64,000 nt of DNA, from assembly GCF_009914755.1 (NCBI RefSeq), contig NC_060931.1. One strand, 5' to 3'. The stretch's first letter is position 1. The number at the start of each line of letters is the position of its first letter. The notes beneath the pieces were generated by a model. The model did not search any database and was not told where the DNA came from. It saw only the letters and a program-made list of their open reading frames with translations. Both the position numbers and the translations under genes were made by a program. Shown here piece after piece: positions 50,317 through 64,000 of this stretch. The DNA is from the human T2T-CHM13v2.0 reference genome, Homo sapiens.

Positions 50317-50774
50317 TGTTTCAGTTATTTGTTACTGTGTAATGCGCACCCCAAACTTTGGTAGCTTAAAACAACTATCCATTATTGCTCATGGGTCAGC
50401 AATCAGTTTGATGGTTCTTCCAATCTGGGCCAGGCTCATCTGAGTTCATCTGGACTTTCTCATATGTCTTCAGGAAGCTGGCTGGTCTAGAATGGTCTCT
50501 GCTAGAATGGCTTATGGGCTCCACGTGGTCTCTCATCCTTCAACAGGCTAGTCCAGGCTTGTACACCTGGCAGCCCAGAAATTTCCAAGAGAAAAAGCAG
50601 AAGAGTAGGAGGTCTCTTGAGACCTAGGCTCAGAACTAGGACACTGTCAGCAAAGCCTCGTTCTATTGTCCAAACGGAAGCCATAAGAACAGTCAAAAGC
50701 TGTGAAGTCACATTGCAGAGTGTGGATGCCAGGATTAATGAAGAATTATGGCCACCTTGCAATCAATCTACCAC
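50317..50774 (-). mobile_element. MLT1G/H-like solo LTR nested in a MIR (MIR halves ~50240-50316 and 50775-50940)
   Basis: tgtttcagttatttgttactgtgtaa...gcttaaaacaac; aggtctcttgagacctaggctcagaact; tgcaatcaatctaccaca end. Confidence 0.85.
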
Positions 50775-52519
50775 AACGACATTTGAAAGTCATTTCTCTT
50801 CTTTGCACCACAGTTTCATCACTTTTTATGAGGAACTAATAAAGGTATCCACCTCAAAGTCTTGAGAATTAAATAAGAAAATGCATATAAAGTACTTAAC
50901 ATAGTATTGGGCACATGGTAAGCATTAAGAAAGTAATAACTCTCATCGTGCTTGTGTATTGATGATCGCAGTTAGAGTTGTTATCATTATTATGTTTATT
51001 TTAATAATTATGATGATGTTGAATTTCTATCTGCTGGCTTTTAACACACTTTAGGATATAAGTCTAGTGAAACTGTGTCCAAAAAATTCTAGACTTTGTG
51101 GAAACCCTAGTTGGCAGAGCAGAAGGCTACTGATCAGAGATGGGTGATTGTTGAGAGTTCCCCATCTGCCTCCCCATGCTGTTTGGTGAGTATCATTCTC
51201 TTTAGGTTTTTGCTGTGCTGGCTGCTGGGAGCTCCCTAAGCTCATTTTCTGTTCCTCAAGTGGAACAGAGAATTCCTACGCTTCCTTCTCTAAGGAAGTG
51301 TAGTTTCATACTGTGATTTCAGCAGAAACCACTAATTTTGGCCAGCATTGCCCCCTGAAGGAGAGGAGCAGGCTTCACTCCTGCGACAGCTGACTTTCTG
51401 TTCCTTTCTGCTGTTGTCTCTGTGCCCAGTGCTGAAGTCCCTGGAGATGATCATGAAATTCAGGGTGACCAGGTTGGGCAGTGAGGAAGCGGAGAAGTCT
51501 CCCAGCCTCCTCTCACACCTACTCCTCGCCAAATCTCCAAGAATTAAAACCAGTTGGCAATTTCTTGGAAAAAGGGAATCGGCCTCTTAAATCTTGAGAA
51601 AAGAAAAAGGGTGTTTTTTTTTTTTAATGGCTATTTTGTTCCTGATGATCCTGGCATTTGTACCCCATGCAGACTCTGAACACGTGCAGGAGCTCGTTCC
51701 ACAAGGCAGCCTGCTAATTTCATTTGCCATCACAGTTTTCCCATCTGCTAAGGGATGCACCCAGACAATTTTCCACATATAATTCACAGTCCTTTGTAAT
51801 TTAGGCTCAAATAGAATCAACAGCTTGATCAAGACGCCATGGCAAGGACTTCAAGGGCAGGGCTTCCATTGTCTCCCATCTTTTGTGAGTGCATCCTCTC
51901 TCTGGCCGTTCTCTGCGTCTCTGTTTATGTCTCCTCCTACCTTGTTTCACAGTCCCTCACAATTTGTATTTGTCCTTCTCTTTCATCAAGCACGATATTT
52001 CTGTCTTGCAAATGTGCAGGTCTAACAAGATTCCTCCCATAGATTATGCAGCACAATGATCATTTTTGGGCCCCAACTTGCTAATTGCAGCCCCCACCCC
52101 CACTTCATCTGGCCAAGGCTAAGATGGATGCTCAATTTGCATTATTTATGTCTTTTTCTCTGTGTTTCTGGTGATGGCTTTTGCATAACATAGGTAAAAT
52201 TTTGCTGACATCAAGAATTCATTTGGCTCGAGATGCTCAAAAGATTGTAGGAGTGGGGGGGACCCGGTTTGTGTAAACTCAAAAACCATCAGACATCCTT
52301 GCTCTCATCTGTTTCTTAGAGAAAAGTGGGCATTTGCTCCTAGCATTGGAAGGCGGCTTTTCATGAGAGTTCTCTGGATTACCTTGGACAGTCAGGTGAG
52401 CTCTTTTGTTTAAAGAACTTTGGTTCCTTTTGAGCTGTCAGTACCCTTTCTTTGAAAGGGCAGGGCAAGGCACCAAGGCTCATTTTAAAGTTCAAACACA
52501 AGTCCGTTGCCACATTGCA

Positions 52520-52945
52520 ACTACAGCTAAAGATCATCAGAGCAAGGAGATCTCAGACAGTGTCTAATTTGACCTCCATATTTTGTCGAGGAAGAGACTG
52601 AGGCTCAGAAACAAGCAATGGCTCACCAAGGTCACAGAACTGCCACCAGCTAGTTCTGTGGTCTATCATTTTATTTGGTCCTTAAATCCCCTCCAATAGA
52701 ACAGCAACCTTAAAGGGATCAGTCACTATTCTAAGCACTTCGCATATATTATCTCATTGAATCCTCATAAAATACCTATTCACTGGGACTTGTTGCTATC
52801 ACCTTCGTTTCATAGATGAGAAGACTGAGGCACAGAGAAGGAAAATAACTTGCCTAAAGTCACATGGCACTAAGTAGCAGAGTTTGGATTCCACCCCAGG
52901 TAGCCTGGTTCAAGACTGCTTGATGTAACCACTCTGTTCTCCAAC
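52520..52945 (-). mobile_element. Two MIR copies
   Basis: gaagagactgaggctcagaa...caaggtcacag; tctaagcacttcgcatatattatctcattgaatcctca...gatgagaagactgaggcacagagaagg. Confidence 0.8.
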
Positions 52946-53609
52946 CTCGCTGAGCTGCCCCATTCCCCATATAATAATGCCCAAATTCCTTATTTTGCAA
53001 CATAAAGCCTTCTACTCCTGGAAAAGCAGCCTGGTATTGGGAAAGGCAGTCTAGTGTGGGCAGTTTTGTGATTCTGCTTGGCCACATAAAAATGGGCCTT
53101 GGGCCTAGAGCTCTTCCTTACCAAGAGGTAGGGGCCCTCATAGCCTGTGCTGGGCTCATCACCTTGTGCAGGAATCTTCCTCTATTTCAAACTCAATGAG
53201 TACTGCTTAGGCGCAGGCATGGATGGCCCTCAGGCATGTCCCCTCACCTGCCCCCCGCCACCCCTTTTCTGCAATTCAGACCCCCATGGGGGAAGGGGAG
53301 GGGTCCTTCTATTCTCCACAAAGTGGGGTGCATGTAGCCACATCACCCACTTTTGCTGCAGGGTGGATCGATGGCCCTAGGGGCAATGCACTGCCAGCTG
53401 GATCTCATGCACACTGTCTCTACTCTCTTGCTGTAAGAGAACTGAATGCAGGAGAACCAAGGAGGCTGGTGTGTGTTTGCTCAGCTAGCAGCCTCTAATC
53501 ATGCACTGGTCTCTTCCTTGGGTGGCACTCATCTGCCTTTTAACCTTGGCTGTACTTATTATATTCTATTCTGACACGCAGCCTAACACCCAGGGAACTG
53601 TTTATGAAG

Positions 53610-54106
53610 CTGCTATGCTGGGGATGACTTTTTGGCTACTTTCATGCATTCACTCTTCTTTGGGTACGCACGGATTTTCTCCTGGAGAGATACTCTTGGC
53701 TCCAGCAGAAGGCATGTGACTCAGGACTGGCCCATTAGAGCATCCCATTCCACGTAAGAGCTGGGCGTGTGATCCCTCAGAGCCATGTGCTGGAAAAGAC
53801 TTGCTTATACCATCAAGAGAGAAGTAAGATTCTCTCTTCTCCACCAGAGCTCCCAGAGCTAAGGACATGAGGTGGGAGTTATCCATAGTTGTCTAGAGAA
53901 TGAGGCCACTATGGGCCAGATCAGAGCTGAGATGAAGAGGTGGAGAGACACAGGGTCTCTTTGATACCATCTTAACTCTTACCGCAAGCTGAGCCCAAAG
54001 CCAGCTACTCTCTAGAATACTAAATTCCATGAGCCAGACGTTTCCCTTTTACTTAAGCCAGTTTGATTTAGGTTCTGTACTTGGAACGAAACTCTCAAAT
54101 GATTAC
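53610..54106 (+). mobile_element. MLT1J-like solo LTR
   Basis: ggcatgtgactcaggactggcccattagagcatcccatt; catgagccagacgtttcccttttacttaagccagtttgatttagg. Confidence 0.75.
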
Positions 54107-54224
54107 TGGGCTTCACCAAGTTCTTAGTCTCTCCACCTGGCCCTGCCGCCTCAAGCTCTGTCCTCTTTGAACTTCCTCTTTTCTCAAGCTGAAGTGCCAG
54201 TAAGAAGATGCAAGTCAAGCATCT

Positions 54225-54610
54225 TGTTGCATTTTGCCTGTCTCCCTCCTCTACAATGTAAGCTTCGTGAGAGGAACAAACAAAGAAACAAAAAAACCTA
54301 ACCTGTCTTATTCTCACTGCTGTAGCCCCAGTGCCTTGAATAAGTCCTAGGACAGCAATAGGCACCCAAAAAATACTGTTGAATAAATGAATAAAGCTTT
54401 CCCTGATCATCTTCCCTCTCCTCCCTTTATGCTAAGTTGCTCATCCCCTATCAGACAGTGTTACATTATTCATCTTATACATTCCCTTTCCTAAATTATG
54501 AATTCTTTAAGGGGCCTGATACTTCTCCATATTCCCTGTGCCTAGCAGAGTTCCTGGCATAAAGTAAGGGCCCAAAATAATGGTTAATAGAAGGAATCAA
54601 TTGATTAGGT
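54225..54610 (+). mobile_element. Two L2 3' ends in tandem
   Basis: aatgtaagcttcgtgagagga...ttctcactgctgtagccccagtgcc...tgttgaataaatgaat; gtgcctagcagagttcctggcataaagtaagg. Confidence 0.75.
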
Positions 54611-55353
54611 CAACAGAACACTCTTCATTATACCATCTCAAGCTTTCTTAGCTCCCTGGTTGAGGTTTGCCTTATCCCATTCTCTGGCATCATTCATAAT
54701 CACCACCTGGGGCTCAGCTGATGGACAATGGAGCAATTAACTTTCTAATGGCCAAGATATGAACCTTCCTCCTTCATGGTCAAGGCAGGAGGAAAGGACA
54801 CAAAGAAAGGGCTAGCTACCACTCTCTGGGTTAGGTGATATTCAAGCTAGGAGTACTGGCTCAGAAAAGGAACCCCTGAAAAATAACAGAAGGAGGTGGA
54901 ATGCATGCATTCAATCCACATAACAATCTCCTTGTGCAGGAACTGCACTTGGTTTCATAGTGAGCTCAAGTGCAATATAGTTTGCAGTTACTTTTGCTCC
55001 CTTACTTAGCTTTAAAGCTTTAACCTCACTTTGCTACAATAATGACTGCCACATCAATCAGGTCTGGCTGCATAGGATTATCATATCAGTCTATATGTTC
55101 CACCAAAGAGTAAGGAGATAATATAACTGCTATTACATTATAAGCTCTTGTTGAACAATAAACCATGCTTTTATGATTTATAACAACACATACTATAGTA
55201 TTTCCATATTAAAAGACTAGAGTGATTTTACAAAGGAAACTCTTGGTAGACAGTACTTAATTACTACATATGATATGTATTTCATATGCATAATTCTGAC
55301 ATATTTATAAATCATGTTACATGATATATTCAGAAACTCTTTATAAGTGATAA

Positions 55354-55733
<380 letters not shown>

Positions 55734-55802
55734 TGATTATAAATTTATGAATGTTCTTTCTTGGGAAAAAAGGCCATTTATTCAAAGACCACAGACTCAC
55801 AC

Positions 55803-55910
55803 TTTTTTTTTTTTTTTTTTTGAGATGGAGTCTCACTCTGTTGCCCAGGCTGGAGTGCAGTGGTGCAATCTCAGCTCACTGTAACATCCGCCTCCCAGGT
55901 TTAAGCAATT
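55803..55910 (-). mobile_element. Severely 5'-truncated Alu (3' part of right arm only)
   Basis: T19 tail + gagatggagtctcactctgttgcccagg...ttaagcaatt; flanked by agactcac(ac)ttttt / agactcacttttt. Confidence 0.9.
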
Positions 55911-57959
55911 GAGACTCACTTTTTTACTTTTTAATATCACCAACGGCAAGAAAAAAGGGCAAGAAATGTCCTCTCTTTTATGAAATAACAGTGTTTGTTA
56001 TACTGGAAAAATATTGGGGTATTATACTTCAATCTCCTCAATTTTTTGACATTTTACCACATTCTCGGTTTATTGATTTTACTTCATTAGCTCATAAAAT
56101 TACTCCAGCAAGGGCTCTCATGCTCTGACAAAACCCACAATGGGCCCAATCCTGACACTGCCTCTCTGGAAGTGGCCCATACCCCAAATTGTCCCTCTCT
56201 AAACCCTCCACCTCTCCGCCCCTCTGGTACCTGTACTCACCTTCTAATAGGAGGAAAGGCATGGAGAGCTATGAGACTTTAACTCAATGCTTTTTTCAGA
56301 GTGCTTGCATTATTAAACAGGATGCATATTACTCCAAAGGGTGATTTCTTATCATGAAATAAGCATGAAATATTACTCTTATTACTCCAAAGAGTAATTT
56401 CCTATCAGGCAGTGAGGTCAAGTAGGGTGAATAATTGCAATCAGCATTGGAAAGCTAATGTTGAGCACTTTAAATTAGAACCCTCAGCTGGCTCTCCTGA
56501 ATGTCTGTCCTCAATGTAAACAGGTTGCTGGAAAAGCCAGAGCAGCAGTCTAGTGATGCCCCAGAAAATAGTCTTTCCCATGAGGTCGGAAATAAGAAGT
56601 CATTTCAATATCAGTATGGAAGTGGAGCTAAGAATAGTAATCATCTGCTGGTTATGCCACAAACTTCTTCTGTTTCATTTCTCACTCCCTTTATGACCTT
56701 TCTTTCTTCCCACTTTTTATTTTTTACCTCCCTCTTGTCACAAAACACTTTCTCCAAATACTTGAAACATATATTTAGTTGGTACAGCTAGCTACACATT
56801 GATATGATCTCTTGTGCAATTTGGATAATGGATTTCCAAGCTTTATAAGGAAGAACAAGCCCTTTTCCTTCTCTCCCAGAAAAGAAAATGAGATCAAGGA
56901 CCCTTGGCTAAGAACATAATCAAGCCTTATTCAAATAGTAATCTTCAGCTTTTTCTCTTGAAAACTAAGGGAATGTCCATCCAAATCCCAAAGAGGAGAA
57001 AGAATATGTGGAGAGAAGAATGTAGAGGAAAGAACCAAGCAACATGACATGGAATTCATGGAGATAGCTGTATCTATTCAATTACAGCATAGGAAATGTT
57101 TCTGCTCTTCCTAAAGAGTTTGGGTAGTCCTGTCTGAGAGACTTAATGCTCGTTTCGGGAGATGTGTGCATTTAGGACAACAGTCATGCCTGTAACTCCA
57201 GCTGCAGAGGAGACTGAAGTAGACAAGCCCATGGCCACCCTAGGTATGTTTTATATGCCTTCCTCCACACCCCCAAACAGTATTGCCCTTCTCTGAGACC
57301 TAGGATGGCAATGGCCACTACTTCTGATCCTACTGAAGGTCCTCTCTGCATCTGTACTTTTCTCAGACTTGGGGAAATACACAAAGAGAAGTAGAGTTGA
57401 GGACCCTACTTCAGTTCCCACTTCTGTAACTGGTCAGGAAGCCCAACTTGGTCATCACAGCTGCCTTCTCCCCACCCTTCCTATGTTGTCTCTACCCACT
57501 GCCAGCAACTCAGCCAGGTAGGCTCTTACCTGATGGGATGACCAAACTTTCAATCTGGAATAATCTGAGTGCTTGATAGCCTTGGCCTTAACTGTGTTGC
57601 CTCACTTTTCCAGTGCCAGAGATTTTTGGGCAAGGGAGTGTGGAGACTGGATTGAAAGGCAGATACAGACTTAAATTTGAAAGGTTAAGAAAGGTATGCA
57701 AAGGTAGCATTATTGCCTAAAATATTTCACCAGAAAGGTGAACCTGAGTCTGATCATGCTTCTAGCTTTAACTAATAATTTACTGGGAAATACAGGGAAA
57801 AAGGCCCTGATATTTTTAATAAATTGAGAAGGAAGCTGTAGGGGAGATATTTAAAGACTAAGAAAGGCTAAGAGATTTAAGAGACATACCAACAAATTGC
57901 CATGTGTGAACCTTGTTTGAATTCCGATTTTAACAAACAGCCTCTTCCACCTCATTAAG

Positions 57960-58828
<869 letters not shown>

Positions 58829-60206
58829 AATCCACTAATGCTCAACAATTTTTTTGGACTCGTGTTCGTTTTCTTGCATTAATACCTATCTACTCTCCTC
58901 AGAATGCATTTTAGGAAGAAAAATTTATATACTCTAAAAGTCTTTAATTGCTACAGTGGTACCAAGAGGCTTGTGCTTCTTAGCATCATTTATTCATTAT
59001 TCATTTACTTAATACATTTCAGTTGAGCAGATACTAGGTTCAAAAACCTGTGCCAGGTCCCACAGAAATACCCACAGGGATCCGGTACAGATCCTCCTGT
59101 TAAAGAGCCTAGCAGTGATCAAACTCTTAAGCTCTGCCCTTGTTTAACACAGTCAGATAAGCCCAGTGAGACTCTTGCAGTAACCTCCTGAAAATTGAAA
59201 TGGTCTTAAGAGGGTCTTGCACAACCACTATTGAAAATGAGTAAAAACTAAAAAATAATATTTCAAAAGGTATGTTCCCTAATTGTACTCTTAATTGAAA
59301 TTGCTTCTTGGTTCTCTGGTGGCACCTCTGGAAAGATGAACTAGAAGCCAATTTATAAGGAGGTCAGTGTCAGAGAATCCATCCTTATTACTGGTAGGAA
59401 AAAAAAACTCAAGGAGGACAGGCTACAGAGTGATATCAATAATCCAGATCTGTCACTGCATGCCCCTAGACTTTGCAAATGCCCCAAAGATTATGTGTAC
59501 ATGGAGTTCTGATCTGAATATGATTTATCTGCCGCAGTCTGACCAGCTCTGTTGAACAGAGTCAGCTATATTTTTGGGGGCTTAGAAGATGACATTAATA
59601 TTGCCCATATTTATCACTGTGCGGAGACATGGAGTTGCAAGCTGCAGTTCTGAGTTCTGTGGGTACAGAGTCGCAAGTGTATATTGGTTTCTGATGTGTG
59701 AATGATGCATGTGTTAAACCCAGTGAGCTTTTTTAAGAAATTTTTTACTCTTTTATGTATTTCTATCTACCTGCCTTCCTTACCGTACACAAACTCACAC
59801 ACTCATTTGTCCATTCTTACACAAAATAATCCCTTCTTTGATTATTCAGAGAAAAGCCCGTGTATGACTGGGACGTCGAGGATGCAAAAGTCACTATTTC
59901 TTAGTGAACAGTACTCCAGGCCTGACTCCTCTGGCAGTACATCAACAGGATGCAGTTCTGCAACTCTGCTTTTTATCAGTTTTGTGTTTTGTTTTGTTCT
60001 TAGCAATCAGAAGAGCAATCGCCCACCCATTCTCTCAGCGATTACTTAAAACATCAAGAAGGGATCTAGCCCACTGTTCTCAGTGATGGGCTCTAGGCAT
60101 TATAAACCAGGCATTTCTGCTTGTCAACATTATTCACTCAGTCAACAAATGCTTATTGACCACCTATGGTATGCAAAGCCCTGGGCCAAGCATTAGGGAG
60201 AATTGT

Positions 60207-60358
60207 CTGTATTTCATAGATTCTGAAACAGTTATTTTTCAACATTTGAATGTCTCTGAATTTGGGGAGTTTACTTGGCAAGGCTTTTTTCTTTCTTAGT
60301 GATACCTAAAACAATGCCGTCCTATAATCAATGGCCTCTCAGATTTGATGAAATCCTA
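60207..60358 (+). mobile_element. MER104-like TcMar-Tc2 MITE
   Basis: ctgtatttcatagattct...ttttttctttcttagtgatacctaaaacaatg...aatcaatggcctctcagatttgatgaaat (TIR-like ends). Confidence 0.75.
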
Positions 60359-60809
60359 CATTGTCCATGACATCTCTGCTTTCACCAAAAAAGGGATTAT
60401 ACAGAAGAAGAGGAGGTAAAACTCAGCTATCAGTGGGCTTTTCACTGATCGTCAACTTTCAGAGCAAGAGAAGTCTGAGCTTCTGTGGTTTGAAGATGAT
60501 CTGTGTGTTTCATCTCCTCGTGCCCTCCCTGGCCTTACAAGCTGTCATAACTTCACATGGATTACCTATTATTATCCTATAGTTCTTAAAATCACAAATG
60601 AATTTTTTATTGATGTTGGGGGTGTGTGTGTGGTGCTTTCTGTAAAATAATTCATTAGGAAATTTATTTTTCATCCATTATTGAAGCCATCATTTGAAGA
60701 GACTGTTTCTTAGAATATATCTACCATGTGGATATATATGCCAGTGGAAACTAGTTAAAATATTTTTATTAAAGCAAAATAAAGGTTTTTTTGTGGTTGT
60801 TTTTGTTTT

Positions 60810-60960
60810 CCCTTTATTTATCCAAACATTTACAAACTCCCTATGATGCATCAGACACTGCTAAGTACTGTTAGGAGACAGTGACAAATTGGATACAGTT
60901 TTTGGCTTCAAAAGACTTACAATTAAAGGAAGGATAAAACCTGTAACTACCAATGCTCAT
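60810..60960 (-). mobile_element. L2 3' fragment
   Basis: tttatttatccaaacatttacaaactccctatgatgcatcagacactgctaagtactg. Confidence 0.65.
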
Positions 60961-63035
60961 ATAGGGAAGAATGAGTGAGTCCTGGGGCCAAGATCCAAGA
61001 ATATCTGAATGAAATCTGCATCATTCCATGGCACTACATCTACCATTACATATCACAAAACAAAAGCTGTTCTTCCTTTCCTCAGAAACACGGCTGCATC
61101 AGGTCTACCCAGGTAGACCACAGAATGATGAACCAAAACAGCCCTTCCACGGTTGATATACAAAGACAACTCCCAACCCCTGGTGGATAGAAAGGACTGC
61201 ATATTTTGAAAACTTTACAATAAGCCAAGTGTTCCATGCCTCATATACCTGCTGTCATTGTTTTCTACCCACTGATCAGTGTTACCACTGTGTGGTTTCT
61301 ACCCACTGATTGGTGTTTCCACCCAGTAGTCAGGGTGCTCCCCTGTTCTCCTTCCATAATGTTTCGTACCCTTTCACCCCTGCTCAGCTTCTCCCAGACC
61401 CCTCCCTCACGACTTTTTAAACTGGCTTTCAGAATCTTTTACCTTTAATTCCCTTGTAAAATGCTCCCTCTCCTTTATTTGAACTATAAGCTCTTTGAGG
61501 ACAGGAACCAAGCATGGATGACACAGAGTAGACAATGAAAATATGCTTTGCTTTGTCAAGGAAGGATGAGAAAGAAGAGAAAATAGCTTATCTTCTTGAA
61601 TATGGGAGTTTAGGAAACTGAAAAAAGCTTTGGCGCACCGACAGAGCAGGAAATTTTACCATAGAAGGCTGAAAAAGTTCAATCCTGGGTTTCCCCTCCT
61701 GGAACTATCTGATACCAGTGAATCCTTATCTTCTTTTTTTGCCCCAGCACACATGACAGTTGATAGTCACATGAATAACAGATTGTTGTGAGCAAAGTCA
61801 ATTTATCTGGAATTCTCACATGATTGACTTTCAAGCCACCTTTCTGTCCTACTTGTTATACAAGTGATTAAAAGTGACGCTAATAAAGAGATAATATTGA
61901 ATCCATTCTAATCTATGGGGGAAAAGTAAACCCACTTGCAGATTTTGCTATTTCATATTTAGTAACATGCTTCTTGAGACAAACCAGTCTGTGGATGCTC
62001 CAACACTGTCTTCAGCCCCTGGCCCTGCACACCCTCAGGACAGCTTAGCTTGCTGGCCACACCTTGTGCCAAGACCCAGAAGTCAGAATTCACAGCCACA
62101 GGAGCTCTTCCCACAGCTGGGACCCAGAAATGGTTCTACTTTCTTCTTTCAATATATAAAGGATCTGTAAACAAAAGGAACAAAAGGAAAAGCAGAAACA
62201 TTATCAACATGAAAAGAAAACCATCCATTCTAAATATGTCCATTTATTTTAAAACAAAGCATACCAACACAAAGCTTTATTTCTAGTATATCCACGTTTA
62301 TGGTGCCTAATTTTTAGAGCCTCCCATCTTGGGGGGCGAGCCTTTATAACATTTGTTGAGTAAAATTAACTGACTCATCATTCTTCTTCTAGTGATGCAG
62401 TCAATGTTTGTAGTTTATTTGAAACTCAAATTGAACTGGGTGTTTTGTGTTTTAGCTGGAATCTTATCCCTAGAGACTGTTGCTTGGGATTCACCAAACA
62501 CTATATCCACTACTTCTGATCATGAGGATTTGAAGAAATAAGTACTTAATAATGGTGGCACTTCCAGTACTGGGGATCCTATCAAGAAGAAGGATTGGAG
62601 ACCTCCTCACATCTCAGAAATCACAATACAGGCAGGGGCTCTACTTCCTGTATGGAAGGGGACCCACGTCTTCATAGCTGAGAAGGGAAGGCAGCAGCCA
62701 GCAACAAAATAAAAGATAAAAGGGAAGCCAAGCACTTGCAAGAACTACAGTAGATACCATCTTCTGGGCCCTGTACTGCGTCCCCTGTGCTATCCCAAGA
62801 GAGCTAATTCTGTTCAGCCTCCTTCCCTCCTGAGCCTCTGAGAAAGTAGAGAATAAGACTATAGTTCAGTGGTTTGAAAGCCATAATATTCTGACAAGGG
62901 TTCAATTTATGTTCAGCATTTTTTTTTCTTTTGCATCCCAGTCAGGACTTCCACTCAAGTTCTCTTAAAGGAAGGTAAATATTTACAGGTAGAAAATGGC
63001 ACTAGGTGCCTTGATAAGTTCAAAGAAACAGTTAA

Positions 63036-63383
<348 letters not shown>

Positions 63384-64000
63384 TAATCACCATATCTGGA
63401 ATATATAAACATGGCACATATTCTCTTTGCCACCCCCTGCTTTTTTGTAGCCTCAAAATTTGATCCAAGACTGGGAGTTAAAAAGTCCCATTTTGTGTAA
63501 TCAGGTTCTGGTTGAACATGATTGCTGAATTATTTTAAATTAAAGACACATGTCTGGGGATTGAGCTGTATGTATTATTTCAGGATGGTGTCCATTAGGC
63601 CTTATCCACAGGGGCTATCTTCAACTTTTGCCACATTCAATGCATTCTTTATACATCAGTATTTTCAAAATGGTGAATCACATGTAAGGGAAAATTGGAG
63701 GGAATATGGTACTCGTTAAATGGTGATTTTTTGAAAATTATCTTGAACGCATTATTCAAACCTGTTTCCAGTCTCCCCTGCTAAGGGCCCCACTGCTGGT
63801 TGGAAAAGTTCTCTGGGGGGAGAAAAAACAATATTTTAAAGTCAATAACAATGCATAAATAAATAAAATCCTACAGTTGTGCAAGGCCCTTTTGCAAGCC
63901 TAAATCTTTGAAGACTTTACAACTGAATCAACATTTACTTTAACTCCTTGTCAGCCCTAAACACTTTAAATGTCTTAATTGCAGATCTAAATCATTGCGG

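Noticed and set aside
62440-62545. Possible exon after ttttgtgttttag acceptor
   Set aside because: Short frame ending in a stop, no recognisable protein, no convincing donor; such acceptors are common by chance

Overview
Primate (human-like; AluY/AluS/AluJ present) non-coding euchromatic DNA, either intergenic or inside a very large intron. I found no supportable protein-coding exon, tRNA/rRNA/snRNA gene, CpG island or CRISPR array; the ORF track is explained by repeats and chance. The window is dominated by old interspersed repeats: MIR/MIR3, L2, about 13 solo MaLR LTRs (MLT1/MST), hAT and Tigger/Mariner MITEs, a few L1M 3' ends and 11 Alus. Family names come from recalled consensus similarity, not a database search. 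The most interesting non-annotated structures are: (1) a 9-copy 42-bp minisatellite carrying up to three E-boxes at 11-bp spacing (27468-27841); (2) a tandem pair of CpG-retaining CTCF motifs (33485-33547); (3) an old ~270-bp direct duplication 2.13 kb apart (10200/12320); (4) an NF-kB/RBPJ/E-box motif cluster (6918-7030); (5) a GATA x4 plus MARE cluster (46547-47000); (6) a perfect 3x41-bp expansion inside Tigger3b; (7) an intact MADE1 hairpin. None demonstrates a new biological system from sequence alone; they are testable candidates.
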